This document shows positions 27,884 to 36,978 of a stretch of DNA of 64,000 bases, in pieces. The translations under genes and the position numbers were made by a program. The stretch covers positions 1 to 64,000 of the forward strand of contig JBCCHT010000052.1 of NCBI GenBank assembly GCA_039028615.1. The letters are read 5' to 3'. The notes under the pieces were generated by a model that was not told the origin of the DNA, did not search any database, and saw nothing but the letters and a program-made list of their open reading frames with translations. This stretch comes from Myxococcota bacterium. GTDB lineage: Bacteria > Myxococcota_A > Polyangia > Nannocystales > Nannocystaceae. Each line of letters starts with the position of its first letter. Positions within the stretch are counted from its first letter, which is position 1.

Positions 27884-28483
27884 TCAGTCGGCGACGGCTT
27901 CGGGCGCCACGTCGGGACCGAGCAACGACATCGCTTCTTGGACGCCTTCGGGATCGGCCGACAGCTGGTCAAAGGCCTCGCGCAGCAGCTTGCGCCCCCG
28001 ATGCAGTCGCGTCCGTGCGGTACCGGCCTCGATCTCGAGCACGGCCGCAACCTCCTTGGGCGCGAGTCCCTCGAAGTAGTGCAGCTCGAGCGCGATCTGG
28101 AAGTCGAGCGGCACGGTGCGCAGCGCCTCGCCCAGCAGTTCCTTGGACTCGGCCCGCTTGAACTCGGTGCTCGGCGACGGGGCCAGGTCACGCATCGACG
28201 TCACCCCGAAGTCCAGCTTTCCCTGCGCCCGATGCCTGCGGTAGTGGCCGTAGAGCACGCGCCGCGCTGCACCAAACAGGTAGGCACGAAAACTGCCCTG
28301 GGCGATCCGGTCGCGCCCTTCGACGCACGCGAGCATCGTGGCTTGAATCAGGTCCTCTACGCCGCTTTCGACCTTGCTGTAGAAGAACCCGACGAGCGAA
28401 TCGAAGTGGCGGCGAACCAGCTGGTCCCCCGCCTCGCGATCGCCATCGCGCCAAGCCCGCAACAACTCGAGGTCGGTGCCCAT
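27884..28483 (-). CDS. ECF-type RNA polymerase sigma factor
   Basis: DLELLRAWRDGD, VEDLIQ, FRAYLF, GTARTRLHRGR. Confidence 0.85.
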   Translation of the reverse strand: MGTDLELLRAWRDGDREAGDQLVRRHFDSLVGFFYSKVESGVEDLIQATMLACVEGRDRIAQGSFRAYLFGAARRVLYGHYRRHRAQGKLDFGVTSMRDLAPSPSTEFKRAESKELLGEALRTVPLDFQIALELHYFEGLAPKEVAAVLEIEAGTARTRLHRGRKLLREAFDQLSADPEGVQEAMSLLGPDVAPEAVAD

Positions 28484-28566
28484 GTGCGTCGACAACCTAG
28501 CAGCCCCGGTCCTCGCTCGGCGAGTCGGGCAATCCCCCTCGACCGTCGACTACAGTAGCCCGCCTC

Positions 28567-31098
28567 ATGGACCCTCGAGCCAGACCTGCGCGCCTCGATG
28601 CCGATCGCATGCTCGCGCAGGTCCGAAGCTCCTTGTTCGAGACCGCGCCCGTCGCCATCGACCGCTTCGAGATTCGCCAGCGGCTCGGTTCCGGCGGCAT
28701 GGGGACGGTGTACGAAGCCTACGACCCGCAGCTCGATCGCGCGGTCGCGCTGAAGGTTCTACGAGCGGATGCGAGCGGCACCGACTCGGACACCACCACC
28801 AGCCCCCTGCGAGAAGCGCGGGCCGCTGCGCGGGTGGTGCATCCCAACGTGGTCGCGATCCACGAGGTGGGGCAGATCGATCACGAGGGCTTCGTGGCGA
28901 TGGAGCTCGTGCCCGGCCATACCCTCCGCGCCTGGCTCACCGAGGCACCGCGACCCACCGACGAGGTCATCGAGGTCATGCTCGCGGCGGGGCGGGGCCT
29001 GGCCGCCGCCCACGAAGCCGGGCTCGTGCATCGCGACTTCAAGCCCGACAACGTGCTCATCCGCGAGGACGGGCAGGTCAAGGTCGTCGACTTCGGCCTC
29101 GCTCGCATGCACACGGAAATCGTCGAATCGAGCACCGAGCCGGGCACCTCGAGCGCGCCCGATCCGTCGGCCTCGGTGACGTGCACGTGGGCGGGGACGC
29201 CCGCCTATATGGCACCCGAGCAGCACGACGGCGCCAAGGCGTCGCCGCGCAGCGACCAATTCGCATTCTGCATCTCGCTGTTCGAGGCGCTGTACGGGGA
29301 GCGCCCCTTCGCCGGTCGTAGCCGCGCCGCGCTGGCGCTGGCCGTCCGCGAGGGCGAGGTCGAGTTTCCCCGTCGCAAGGGCGTGTCGCGGGCCATCGCC
29401 GCCGTGCTCCGTCGGGGCCTTCAGACCGAGCCGGAGCACCGATGGCCCGACATGGCGAGCGTGCTCGATGCCTTGCGTCGCGCTCGTCGTCGGCCTCGGC
29501 TCATCCGCCTGACCGCCCTGCTGGCCACGACCACCGTCGCCGCCGTCACCCTCGGCTGGATGGCCCGACCCACGCCGGAGCCCACCCCGGCCGCCGCGGT
29601 AGATCCCGGGCCGAGCTGCGACGATGGCCTCGCTCGGCTGCGTGGGGTCTGGGACGAGCAGCGCCGTGAAGCCGTGGTGAAGACCGTCGGTGCACCCGGT
29701 CCCGATGCCACCGCCATCGCCACCACCGCGGCCGAGCGCCTCGATGCCTACGGCGAGCAATGGGCGGCCGCGCACGACCTGCACTGCGTCGCGACCCGGG
29801 ATGGCGAGGTTCGTCCCGGGCTCGAGGCCCAGACGAACCGCTGCCTCGAGCGGCGCCGCGACGCCCTCGGGGCGCTGGTCGACGTGCTGGCGGGCGACAG
29901 TCCGGTCAAGCTCCACAAGGTCGTCACCGCTGTCGACAACCTCCCGAGCATCGACGACTGCCAGGACGAGCGACTGCTGGGGATCCTGCCCGACCCGCCC
30001 TCCGACCCCGAGGTCGCCCGACGGGTTCGCGAGCTGACGCCGCGGGTCGCCAAGGTCTACGCCCTCAACGCGGCCAGCCTCTTCGAAGACGCCGTGAAGG
30101 AGGCCGAGATCACCGTGGTGGCGGCACGAGAAATCGGTCATCTACCGCTGCTCGCCGATGCCCTCCAGCGACTCGGCCAGGCCCAGAGCGCCCTGTTTCG
30201 CGATGAAGCCCGCGCCACGCTGGAAGAGGCGGTTCTCACCGCCGAGAAGGCGGGCTACGACCTCCGCAAGATCGACGTCTTGATCGCGCTGGCCAACAAC
30301 GCGGCGCACATCATCCGCAAGTACGACGCGGCTCGCGACTACCTGCGCCGCGCCCGGGCCTCGCTCGATCGCATCGGAGGCGAACCCGGCCGGGAGATCA
30401 GGATGCTGTCGACCCAGGCCGGCGTGCACTGGATGTCGGCCGAGTACGACGAGGCGCTCGCCGCCGCGAAGCAGGCCATCGAGCTATGCGAAGCCACGGG
30501 CCGCGAAGAGCGGACGTATATCGTCTCCCCGCTGAGCACCGCGGCCATGCTGCACACGATGAAGGGCGAGCCGGATCTCGCGATGCCGTACTACCAGCGC
30601 GCCCTGAAGATCCTCGCCAAGACGGTGGGCCCCACCCACGCCAGCACCATGGGGCTGCGCAACAACATCGCGCTCAACTATGGCGAGGCCGGCGACTACG
30701 ACGCGGAGATTCGCGAGTTCCGCGAGCTGATGAAGCTCCACGAGCAGCGCGGGGAGAAGGGGCGCATCGACTCCGTTCGCACGCTCCGCAACCTGTGCCG
30801 CAGCCAGCTCGTCGCCGAGTACATCGACGACGCGTCCTCGTGCATCGAAGACGCCGTGGCCCTGGCGCGCGACGTCGGCTACGAGCCCGACCTGGTCCTC
30901 GCGCTGGTCATCCAGACCGAGATTCACGCCAAGGCGGGGCGCACCGAACAAATGTGGAACAGCGCCTGCACGGTCCATCCCAAGGTCATGAAGAGCGACG
31001 AGGTCGACCGCAAAGACCTGCTGCCTCGGCTCGCCCGCAAGCTCGGGGTGACCGAGGCCCAGTACGCCGCCCGCTGCCGGGGCTACGTCGGGCCCTGA
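28567..31098 (+). CDS. Membrane Ser/Thr protein kinase with TPR C-terminus
   Basis: GSGGMG, VALK, HRDFKPDN, DFG, GTPAYMAPE, a TM helix and TPR-like helices. Confidence 0.9.
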   Translation: MDPRARPARLDADRMLAQVRSSLFETAPVAIDRFEIRQRLGSGGMGTVYEAYDPQLDRAVALKVLRADASGTDSDTTTSPLREARAAARVVHPNVVAIHEVGQIDHEGFVAMELVPGHTLRAWLTEAPRPTDEVIEVMLAAGRGLAAAHEAGLVHRDFKPDNVLIREDGQVKVVDFGLARMHTEIVESSTEPGTSSAPDPSASVTCTWAGTPAYMAPEQHDGAKASPRSDQFAFCISLFEALYGERPFAGRSRAALALAVREGEVEFPRRKGVSRAIAAVLRRGLQTEPEHRWPDMASVLDALRRARRRPRLIRLTALLATTTVAAVTLGWMARPTPEPTPAAAVDPGPSCDDGLARLRGVWDEQRREAVVKTVGAPGPDATAIATTAAERLDAYGEQWAAAHDLHCVATRDGEVRPGLEAQTNRCLERRRDALGALVDVLAGDSPVKLHKVVTAVDNLPSIDDCQDERLLGILPDPPSDPEVARRVRELTPRVAKVYALNAASLFEDAVKEAEITVVAAREIGHLPLLADALQRLGQAQSALFRDEARATLEEAVLTAEKAGYDLRKIDVLIALANNAAHIIRKYDAARDYLRRARASLDRIGGEPGREIRMLSTQAGVHWMSAEYDEALAAAKQAIELCEATGREERTYIVSPLSTAAMLHTMKGEPDLAMPYYQRALKILAKTVGPTHASTMGLRNNIALNYGEAGDYDAEIREFRELMKLHEQRGEKGRIDSVRTLRNLCRSQLVAEYIDDASSCIEDAVALARDVGYEPDLVLALVIQTEIHAKAGRTEQMWNSACTVHPKVMKSDEVDRKDLLPRLARKLGVTEAQYAARCRGYVGP

Positions 31099-31109
31099 AC
31101 CAGCCGAGC

Positions 31110-32525
31110 CTACGCCGCCGGCATCGCGACCGAGGTCGACAGCTTCCGCCTCCGGTACCGCACGCGGCACGGCGAGCGCGGCCCCACCAGCATCCGCTCG
31201 TAGCTGGGCTCGTACTTGGACTCGAGCAGCTCGAAGTCGAAGTTCCGCAACAGGTGACTCCAGATCGCGCGCAGCTGGAGCTGAGCGAACACGATGCCCA
31301 TGCAGCGATGTCGGCCGCCGCCGAACGAGATCCACGACATCGGGTGCTTGCGGTCCTCTTCCCGCTCCGGCCCGAAGCGATCCGGCTCGAAGCGGTTGGG
31401 GTTCTTGAACACCTCGGGAATGCGATGGGCGATGGCGGGCGAGGCCATGACCATCGAGCCCTCGGGCACGTGGTAGCCGCCGTAGTCGAAGCCCTCGAGC
31501 ATGCGCCGCATGACCATGATGATCGGCGGATACAGGCGCAGCGTCTCCTTGACGACCCAGTCGAGCTCGGTCATCGCCCGCAGGTCCTCCAGCTCGAGGT
31601 TGGTGCGATCGCCGAGCACCCGGGTCTGCTCCGCGCGTAGGCGCTCGATCCACTGCGGGTTCTGGTTGAGCAAGATCCCCGTCCACGCCAGGGTGATTCC
31701 GCTGGTGTGGTGCCCCGCGAACATGATGGCCAGCAAAAGACCGGTCATCTCGTCCTCGGTGGGCGCACGGCCGTCCTTGTAGCGGGCTTCCATCAGGGTC
31801 TGAAGGAAGTCTTCCGACTCGATGCCCTTGGCCCGGCGTTGCGCCACGATGCCCGAGATCAGCTCTCCCAGGCGCTTGCGGGCCTGATCCCGCTTGCGGA
31901 ACTGGGGAATGGGCAGCTGCGGCGCAAAGAAGGCGAGCAGGTTCAGGCCGCCCTCCATGTCGTAGTAGAGCTTGGCGAACTCGTCCGAGAGCTGGTCGCG
32001 GAAGCTCTTGCCGAGCAGCGAGCGGCTCGAGGTGAAGATCGTCAGCTGGTTGCCCGTCTCGTACAGCTCGACGACGCCTTCGTCGCCCCACTTGCCGAAG
32101 TAGTCCTCGGCCTCCTCGACGAAGCCCTGGGCGTAGGTCCGCAGCCGGCTCTCCCGCAGCGCCTCGTGGAAGAAGCCCAGCTGCTCCTTCATGACGTCGG
32201 GCTCGGCGTCGTAGGCGATGCCCTTGCCGAAGATCGGCGTCATGAGCTTGTAGACCTCGCGCACGCTCATCTGGCTGTCGCGCAGGCGGAAGAACTTCTG
32301 CTGCGCCTTGGGCCCGGTCATGACCACCGTCGAGGGGCTCCCGGGCAGCCGCAGCGTGAACAGATCACCGTGGCGATCGCGGCCGCGCTGCAGCAGCTCC
32401 ACCGGGTTCTGCTTCAGCTGCAGGGCGTGGCCGACCAGGGGCAGGCCTCCGTCCAGAAGTGGCGGCGTGGGCAAGGCGGAGCCACGAGTATCGGTCGAAG
32501 CACTCACGGTCGAAGTGGAAGCCAT
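31110..32525 (-). CDS. cyp51: Cytochrome P450, CYP51 (sterol 14-alpha-demethylase)-like
   Basis: I-helix MFAGHHTS, YKLMTPIFGKG, ETLRLYPP, haem motif FGGGRHRCMG. Confidence 0.85.
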   Translation of the reverse strand: MASTSTVSASTDTRGSALPTPPLLDGGLPLVGHALQLKQNPVELLQRGRDRHGDLFTLRLPGSPSTVVMTGPKAQQKFFRLRDSQMSVREVYKLMTPIFGKGIAYDAEPDVMKEQLGFFHEALRESRLRTYAQGFVEEAEDYFGKWGDEGVVELYETGNQLTIFTSSRSLLGKSFRDQLSDEFAKLYYDMEGGLNLLAFFAPQLPIPQFRKRDQARKRLGELISGIVAQRRAKGIESEDFLQTLMEARYKDGRAPTEDEMTGLLLAIMFAGHHTSGITLAWTGILLNQNPQWIERLRAEQTRVLGDRTNLELEDLRAMTELDWVVKETLRLYPPIIMVMRRMLEGFDYGGYHVPEGSMVMASPAIAHRIPEVFKNPNRFEPDRFGPEREEDRKHPMSWISFGGGRHRCMGIVFAQLQLRAIWSHLLRNFDFELLESKYEPSYERMLVGPRSPCRVRYRRRKLSTSVAMPAA

Positions 32526-32683
32526 GGCGCCGCCACGCTACCGCCTGGGGCATCGCGCGCCCACGCGCGCCGGGAGCGAGCGTGCTCTAGAGCACTCTCG
32601 CGTGAGCGTTTGCAACGCCCGGTATGAAAAGGGTCCGCCCTAGAGCACCGCGCCTACGCCTCAAACGCGCTACTTCCTCGACC

Positions 32684-33787
32684 ATGGAGCTTGCGCCGGT
32701 CACCCTGCCCCATTTGCTCGTAGCGGGTGCAGTTTACCTCGCGTTCTTCTTCGGCCTGCTGGCGGCGGCAATGATCCTGCCCGGCCCCACCGTGCGGGGC
32801 TTCCCCGCGCCCGACGGCAGTCGCAAGGACTACAAGGTCAACGGCATGGCGCTGTGGGTCGCGACGCACATCGCCGTGGTGAGCGGCGCGGTGTTCCTCG
32901 ACCTGCGGCTGTCCCACCTCATCGAACACTTTTGGTCCTACTTCATCGTGGTGAACGTGTTCTCCGTGGCGTGGATGGCCATCCTCTACGTGGGCGGACG
33001 CCGTCGCCAGGATCCGGCCGAGCATCGCCCCGGCCTGGTCGCGCTGGTTCAGGACCTGTGGATGGGCGTGGAGCTCAACCCCACCTGGCGCGGCGTCGAC
33101 CTCAAGACCTTCGCCTACCAGCCCTCGCTCATCGGCTTGTCGCTGCTCAACGTCGCGTTCGGGTGGGCCCAGTGGGAGATGCTCGGCACCCTCACCCCGC
33201 AGATGATCGCGTACCAGGTCTTCTGGTGGCTCTACATGGCCACGCACTTCCACTACGAGCGCGGCGTGCTGTCGATGTGGGACGTCATCGCGGAGAAGTT
33301 CGGCTTCATGCTGCTGTGGGGCGACCTGGTGCTCGTCCCCTTCTTCTACTGCATCGCCGGGTGGTGGCTGCTCGACGCGCCCGCCTCCGCGATGTCGTGG
33401 CCGGTGTTGGCCGCGTTGGTCGTGCTGCACCTGCTCGGCCTGTGGATCTTCCGCGGGGCCAACGCCCAAAAGGACCGCTTCAAGCGCGACCGCAGCACGC
33501 TCATCTGGGGTCGCCCCGCCGAGATCATGGGCGACCGCCTGCTGGTGTCGGGGTGGTGGGGCTTCGGCCGCAAGATCAACTACACGGGCGAGATCATGGT
33601 CTACTTCTCGTTCGCCCTGTGCAGCGGCTTCCAGTCGGTGCTGCCGTATCTGCTGCCGCTGTGGCTGTGCGTGCTGCTTCCGCACCGCGCGTGGCGGGAC
33701 GAGAAGCGCTGCCACGCCAAGTACGGGGAGCTGTGGGAGCGCTACTGCCGTAGGGCCCGGTTCCGCATGATCCCGTTCATCTACTGA
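32684..33787 (+). CDS. Sterol reductase, ERG4/ERG24/DHCR7 family
   Basis: YKVNG, GVELNP, EKFGFML.WGD, LLVSGWWG..RKINYTGE, HRAWRDEKRC..KYG. Confidence 0.9.
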   Translation: MELAPVTLPHLLVAGAVYLAFFFGLLAAAMILPGPTVRGFPAPDGSRKDYKVNGMALWVATHIAVVSGAVFLDLRLSHLIEHFWSYFIVVNVFSVAWMAILYVGGRRRQDPAEHRPGLVALVQDLWMGVELNPTWRGVDLKTFAYQPSLIGLSLLNVAFGWAQWEMLGTLTPQMIAYQVFWWLYMATHFHYERGVLSMWDVIAEKFGFMLLWGDLVLVPFFYCIAGWWLLDAPASAMSWPVLAALVVLHLLGLWIFRGANAQKDRFKRDRSTLIWGRPAEIMGDRLLVSGWWGFGRKINYTGEIMVYFSFALCSGFQSVLPYLLPLWLCVLLPHRAWRDEKRCHAKYGELWERYCRRARFRMIPFIY

Positions 33788-33831
33788 GCCCCGCCCCGCC
33801 CGCCGACCGACCCCGTAGTACCGTGGTCGGT

Positions 33832-34749
33832 ATGGACGTGCTGCGGACCCCCGACGAGCGTTTCGAGAACCTCCCCGGCTACGACTTCGAGCCGCACTAC
33901 GCGGAGGTCGATGGCCTGCGGATCCACTACGTCGACGAAGGCCCCCGCGACGCGCCGCCCGTGCTGCTGATGCATGGCGAGCCCTCGTGGAGCTACCTGT
34001 ACCGCACCATGATCCCGCCGCTGGTCGAGGCGGGACGCCGGGTGCTCGCGCCCGACCTCGTCGGCTTCGGGCGCAGCGACAAGCCCAGCCGCCGCGAGGA
34101 CTACACCTACGCCCGGCACCTGGCATGGATCACCGCGTGGTTCAACGCGGTGGACCTGCGCGACGTCACCCTCTTTTGCCAGGACTGGGGCGGCCTGCTC
34201 GGCCTGCGCATGGTGGCCGACATGCCCGATCGATTCGCGCGGGTCGTCGCCGCCAACACCGGTCTTCCCACCGGGCGCGGTCGAGTCGCCAAGGCCTTCG
34301 AAGCGTGGCAGACCTTCTCGCAGACGGTGGAGGTCCTGGAGGTCGGTCGCCTGATCCAGAGCGCCACCACCAGCACGCTGACGCCCAAGATCGTCGCGGC
34401 CTACGACGCCCCCTTCCCCGACGAGACCTACAAGGAGGGCGCGCGACAGTTTCCCGTCCTGGTCCCCACCTCGCCCGACCAACCCGGCGCCGCAGAAAAC
34501 CTCGAGGCGTGGAAGGTCCTCGCCACGTTCGAAAAGCCGTTCCTGTGTGCGTTCTCGGATCAGGATCCGATCACCCGAGGCGGCGACGAGTACTTCAAAG
34601 CGAAGATTCCCGGCGCGAAAGGGCAAGACCACGTGACGATCCAAAACGGCGGTCACTTCCTCCAAGAGGATCAGGGACCGCGCCTGGCGGAGGTCGTCAA
34701 CGCGTTCATCGACGCCACTTGCCCGACCACCGAGGTCGAGCCCACCTGA
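33832..34749 (+). CDS. Haloalkane dehalogenase
   Basis: LRTPDERF, HGEPSWSY, QDWGG, GHFLQED. Confidence 0.9.
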   Translation: MDVLRTPDERFENLPGYDFEPHYAEVDGLRIHYVDEGPRDAPPVLLMHGEPSWSYLYRTMIPPLVEAGRRVLAPDLVGFGRSDKPSRREDYTYARHLAWITAWFNAVDLRDVTLFCQDWGGLLGLRMVADMPDRFARVVAANTGLPTGRGRVAKAFEAWQTFSQTVEVLEVGRLIQSATTSTLTPKIVAAYDAPFPDETYKEGARQFPVLVPTSPDQPGAAENLEAWKVLATFEKPFLCAFSDQDPITRGGDEYFKAKIPGAKGQDHVTIQNGGHFLQEDQGPRLAEVVNAFIDATCPTTEVEPT

Positions 34750-34802
34750 TGCCACATCGCGACGCGTGTGCCATTCGCGTCGAGCTGCTATCATGATGAC
34801 TG

Positions 34803-35561
34803 GTGTCAGCACCGCCGCAGCGTCGAGTCATCGTGGCCAGCCCTCCGGAGCTGGTCGTGTACGACGCGGAGAGCCCCTGCCCCTACCTGCCCGAGCAAGT
34901 CTCGCGCTTGCCCTTGCGCCTGCCCATTCGTCGGCTGCAACGCACGGAGTTCGGGCAGCGGCTGTCGGCGGGCGATCGTCGCCAGGGCCTCATGCTCTAT
35001 CGCACCGCGTGCCCGAGCTGCGCCGCGTGTGAGCCCATCCGCATCGAGGTCGATCGTTTCGCCCCCGGCCGGACCCAGCGCCGGGTCAAGCGCAACGGCG
35101 ATCGCCGCATCGAGACCGAGGTCGGCCCCCTCGAGCCCACCCTCGAGAAGGTCGTGCTCTACAACAAGCACAAGCGCGGCCGCGGCCTGAGCTCCGGCGA
35201 GCGCGCCATCGACCTCGATGGCTACACCGCGTTCCTGGGCGAGAGCTGCTGCGACAGCTTCGAGCTGCGCTACCGGGTCGACGGCAAGCTCATGGGCGTC
35301 GCCGTCGTCGACCGAGCCGATGATGCCCTGTCGGCCGTGTACTTCTACTTCGACCCGGCGCACGAAGACCTCAGTCCCGGGGTCTTCTCCGTGCTCACGC
35401 AGATCGAGCTGTGTCGCCGCTGGGGCCTGCGCCACCTGTACCTCGGGCTGTACATCGCCGATTGCCCCTCCATGGCCTACAAGCACCGCTACCTGCCGCA
35501 CGAGCGCCTGCTCGATGGGCAGTGGGTGACCATCGACCGCCCCTCCTCTTCGCGGCCCTGA
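34803..35561 (+). CDS. ATE/Bpt-family aminoacyl-tRNA-protein transferase
   Basis: CPYLP, YRTACPSCAAC, LSAVYFYFDP, YLGLYI..C.SMAYK. Confidence 0.85.
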   Translation: MSAPPQRRVIVASPPELVVYDAESPCPYLPEQVSRLPLRLPIRRLQRTEFGQRLSAGDRRQGLMLYRTACPSCAACEPIRIEVDRFAPGRTQRRVKRNGDRRIETEVGPLEPTLEKVVLYNKHKRGRGLSSGERAIDLDGYTAFLGESCCDSFELRYRVDGKLMGVAVVDRADDALSAVYFYFDPAHEDLSPGVFSVLTQIELCRRWGLRHLYLGLYIADCPSMAYKHRYLPHERLLDGQWVTIDRPSSSRP

Positions 35562-35588
35562 CCGCTCACTCCCGGAGCCCCAACGCCC

Positions 35589-36896
35589 ATGGAAATCGCG
35601 ATCGACAGCGAGATCGGACCTCTGCGCCGCGTGCTCGTCCACCGACCGTCGGACGAGATCGAGCGCATGACGCAGCACGATCTCGACCTGATGCTCTTCG
35701 ACGACATCCTCGCCCCCGACGAGACCGCCATCGAGCACGAGCTCATGGCCGACGTCCTGAGCGAGGCGGGGGCCGAGGTCATGCTGCTGGCCCCGCTGCT
35801 GCGCAACGCGATCGGCAACGCCCCCCAGGACGCCCGCGCGCATCTGGTCGAGCGCATCTGCGAGCACGCGGGGGCCCACGGCGTCGCGCCGCGGCTGCTC
35901 GACTGGGACCACGACAAGCTCGCCACCGGCCTCATCCGCGGCGTCTACTGGGAGGAGCTCGACGGCATCGCAGCCAGCCTCCCTCGCCTGCGAGCCGACG
36001 CCAAGAATCACCGCTTCGCGCTGCCCCCCGTGCCGAACCTGATGTTCATGCGGGATCCATGCATCTCCGTCTACGATCGGGTGGTCATGGGCCGCATGGC
36101 CACCGCGGCCCGCTCGCGCGAGCCCTCGCTGGTCGCGTTCGCGCTGCGCCACGCCCCCGAGGCGGGCGCTCGGCTGTCCTTCGACGACGACGACTCCCAT
36201 CGGGGTGCGCCCTATCGTTCGCTCGAAGGCGGTGACCTGCTCGTCATCTCGCCGCACGTGGTGCTCATCGGCTGTTCGCTCCGCACCACCGCCCAGACGA
36301 TCCAGCGGCTGGCCGAAGAAGCGCTCTTCCCTGCCCACCCCAAGCTGCAGCGCGTATACGCGGTCATGATGCCCGAGGCGCGCTCGGTGATGCACCTCGA
36401 CACGCTGCTCACCCACGTCGATCGCGGGCTCTTTCTCGGCCACCAGCCTCTGCTCGAGGGCACCGACCAGGGCCCCGGCCTCAGCATCGCTCGGCTGTCC
36501 CGCGACGCGCTGCCCACCATGCTCGAGGGCGCCACCGTGCTCGACGTTCTTCGCGAAGAGCTCGGGCCCCAGACCCAGCTCATTCCCTGCGGCGGCCAAG
36601 ACCGCCTGCACCAAGAGCGCGAGCAGTGGACCGACGGCGCCAACGCGGTCGCCATGAGCCCCGGGCACGTCATCCTCTACGCCCGCAATCGCCACACCAT
36701 CCGTACCATGGCCGAGCACGGCTTCACCGAGGTCCGCCTCAGCGTGGTGCACTCGGTCGAGGAACGTCGCCAGCGCATCGCCGAGGGCATGAAGCACGAG
36801 CGAGCCATCTTCAGCTTCTCCGGTAGCGAGCTGAGCCGGGCCCGCGGCGGCGGCCGCTGCCTCACGATGCCGCTGCAACGCGAACCGCTGACCTGA
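35589..36896 (+). CDS. arcA: Arginine deiminase
   Basis: SEIGPLRRV, FMRD, EGGD, MHLDT, EQWTDG, ELSRARGGGRC. Confidence 0.85.
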   Translation: MEIAIDSEIGPLRRVLVHRPSDEIERMTQHDLDLMLFDDILAPDETAIEHELMADVLSEAGAEVMLLAPLLRNAIGNAPQDARAHLVERICEHAGAHGVAPRLLDWDHDKLATGLIRGVYWEELDGIAASLPRLRADAKNHRFALPPVPNLMFMRDPCISVYDRVVMGRMATAARSREPSLVAFALRHAPEAGARLSFDDDDSHRGAPYRSLEGGDLLVISPHVVLIGCSLRTTAQTIQRLAEEALFPAHPKLQRVYAVMMPEARSVMHLDTLLTHVDRGLFLGHQPLLEGTDQGPGLSIARLSRDALPTMLEGATVLDVLREELGPQTQLIPCGGQDRLHQEREQWTDGANAVAMSPGHVILYARNRHTIRTMAEHGFTEVRLSVVHSVEERRQRIAEGMKHERAIFSFSGSELSRARGGGRCLTMPLQREPLT

Positions 36897-36978
36897 GCGG
36901 CCCAGCGAGACCGCGCATCAGCGGCTCGGAGCCACCGGAACTCACCGAACGATGAGCCCGGTGGCCTGCCCGGTGGGC

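Noticed and set aside
34806..36878. Long antisense ORFs (also 19877-21553, 23246-25282, 46255-48057 and others)
   Set aside because: Typical stop-poor shadows of real genes in high-GC DNA, with no motifs.
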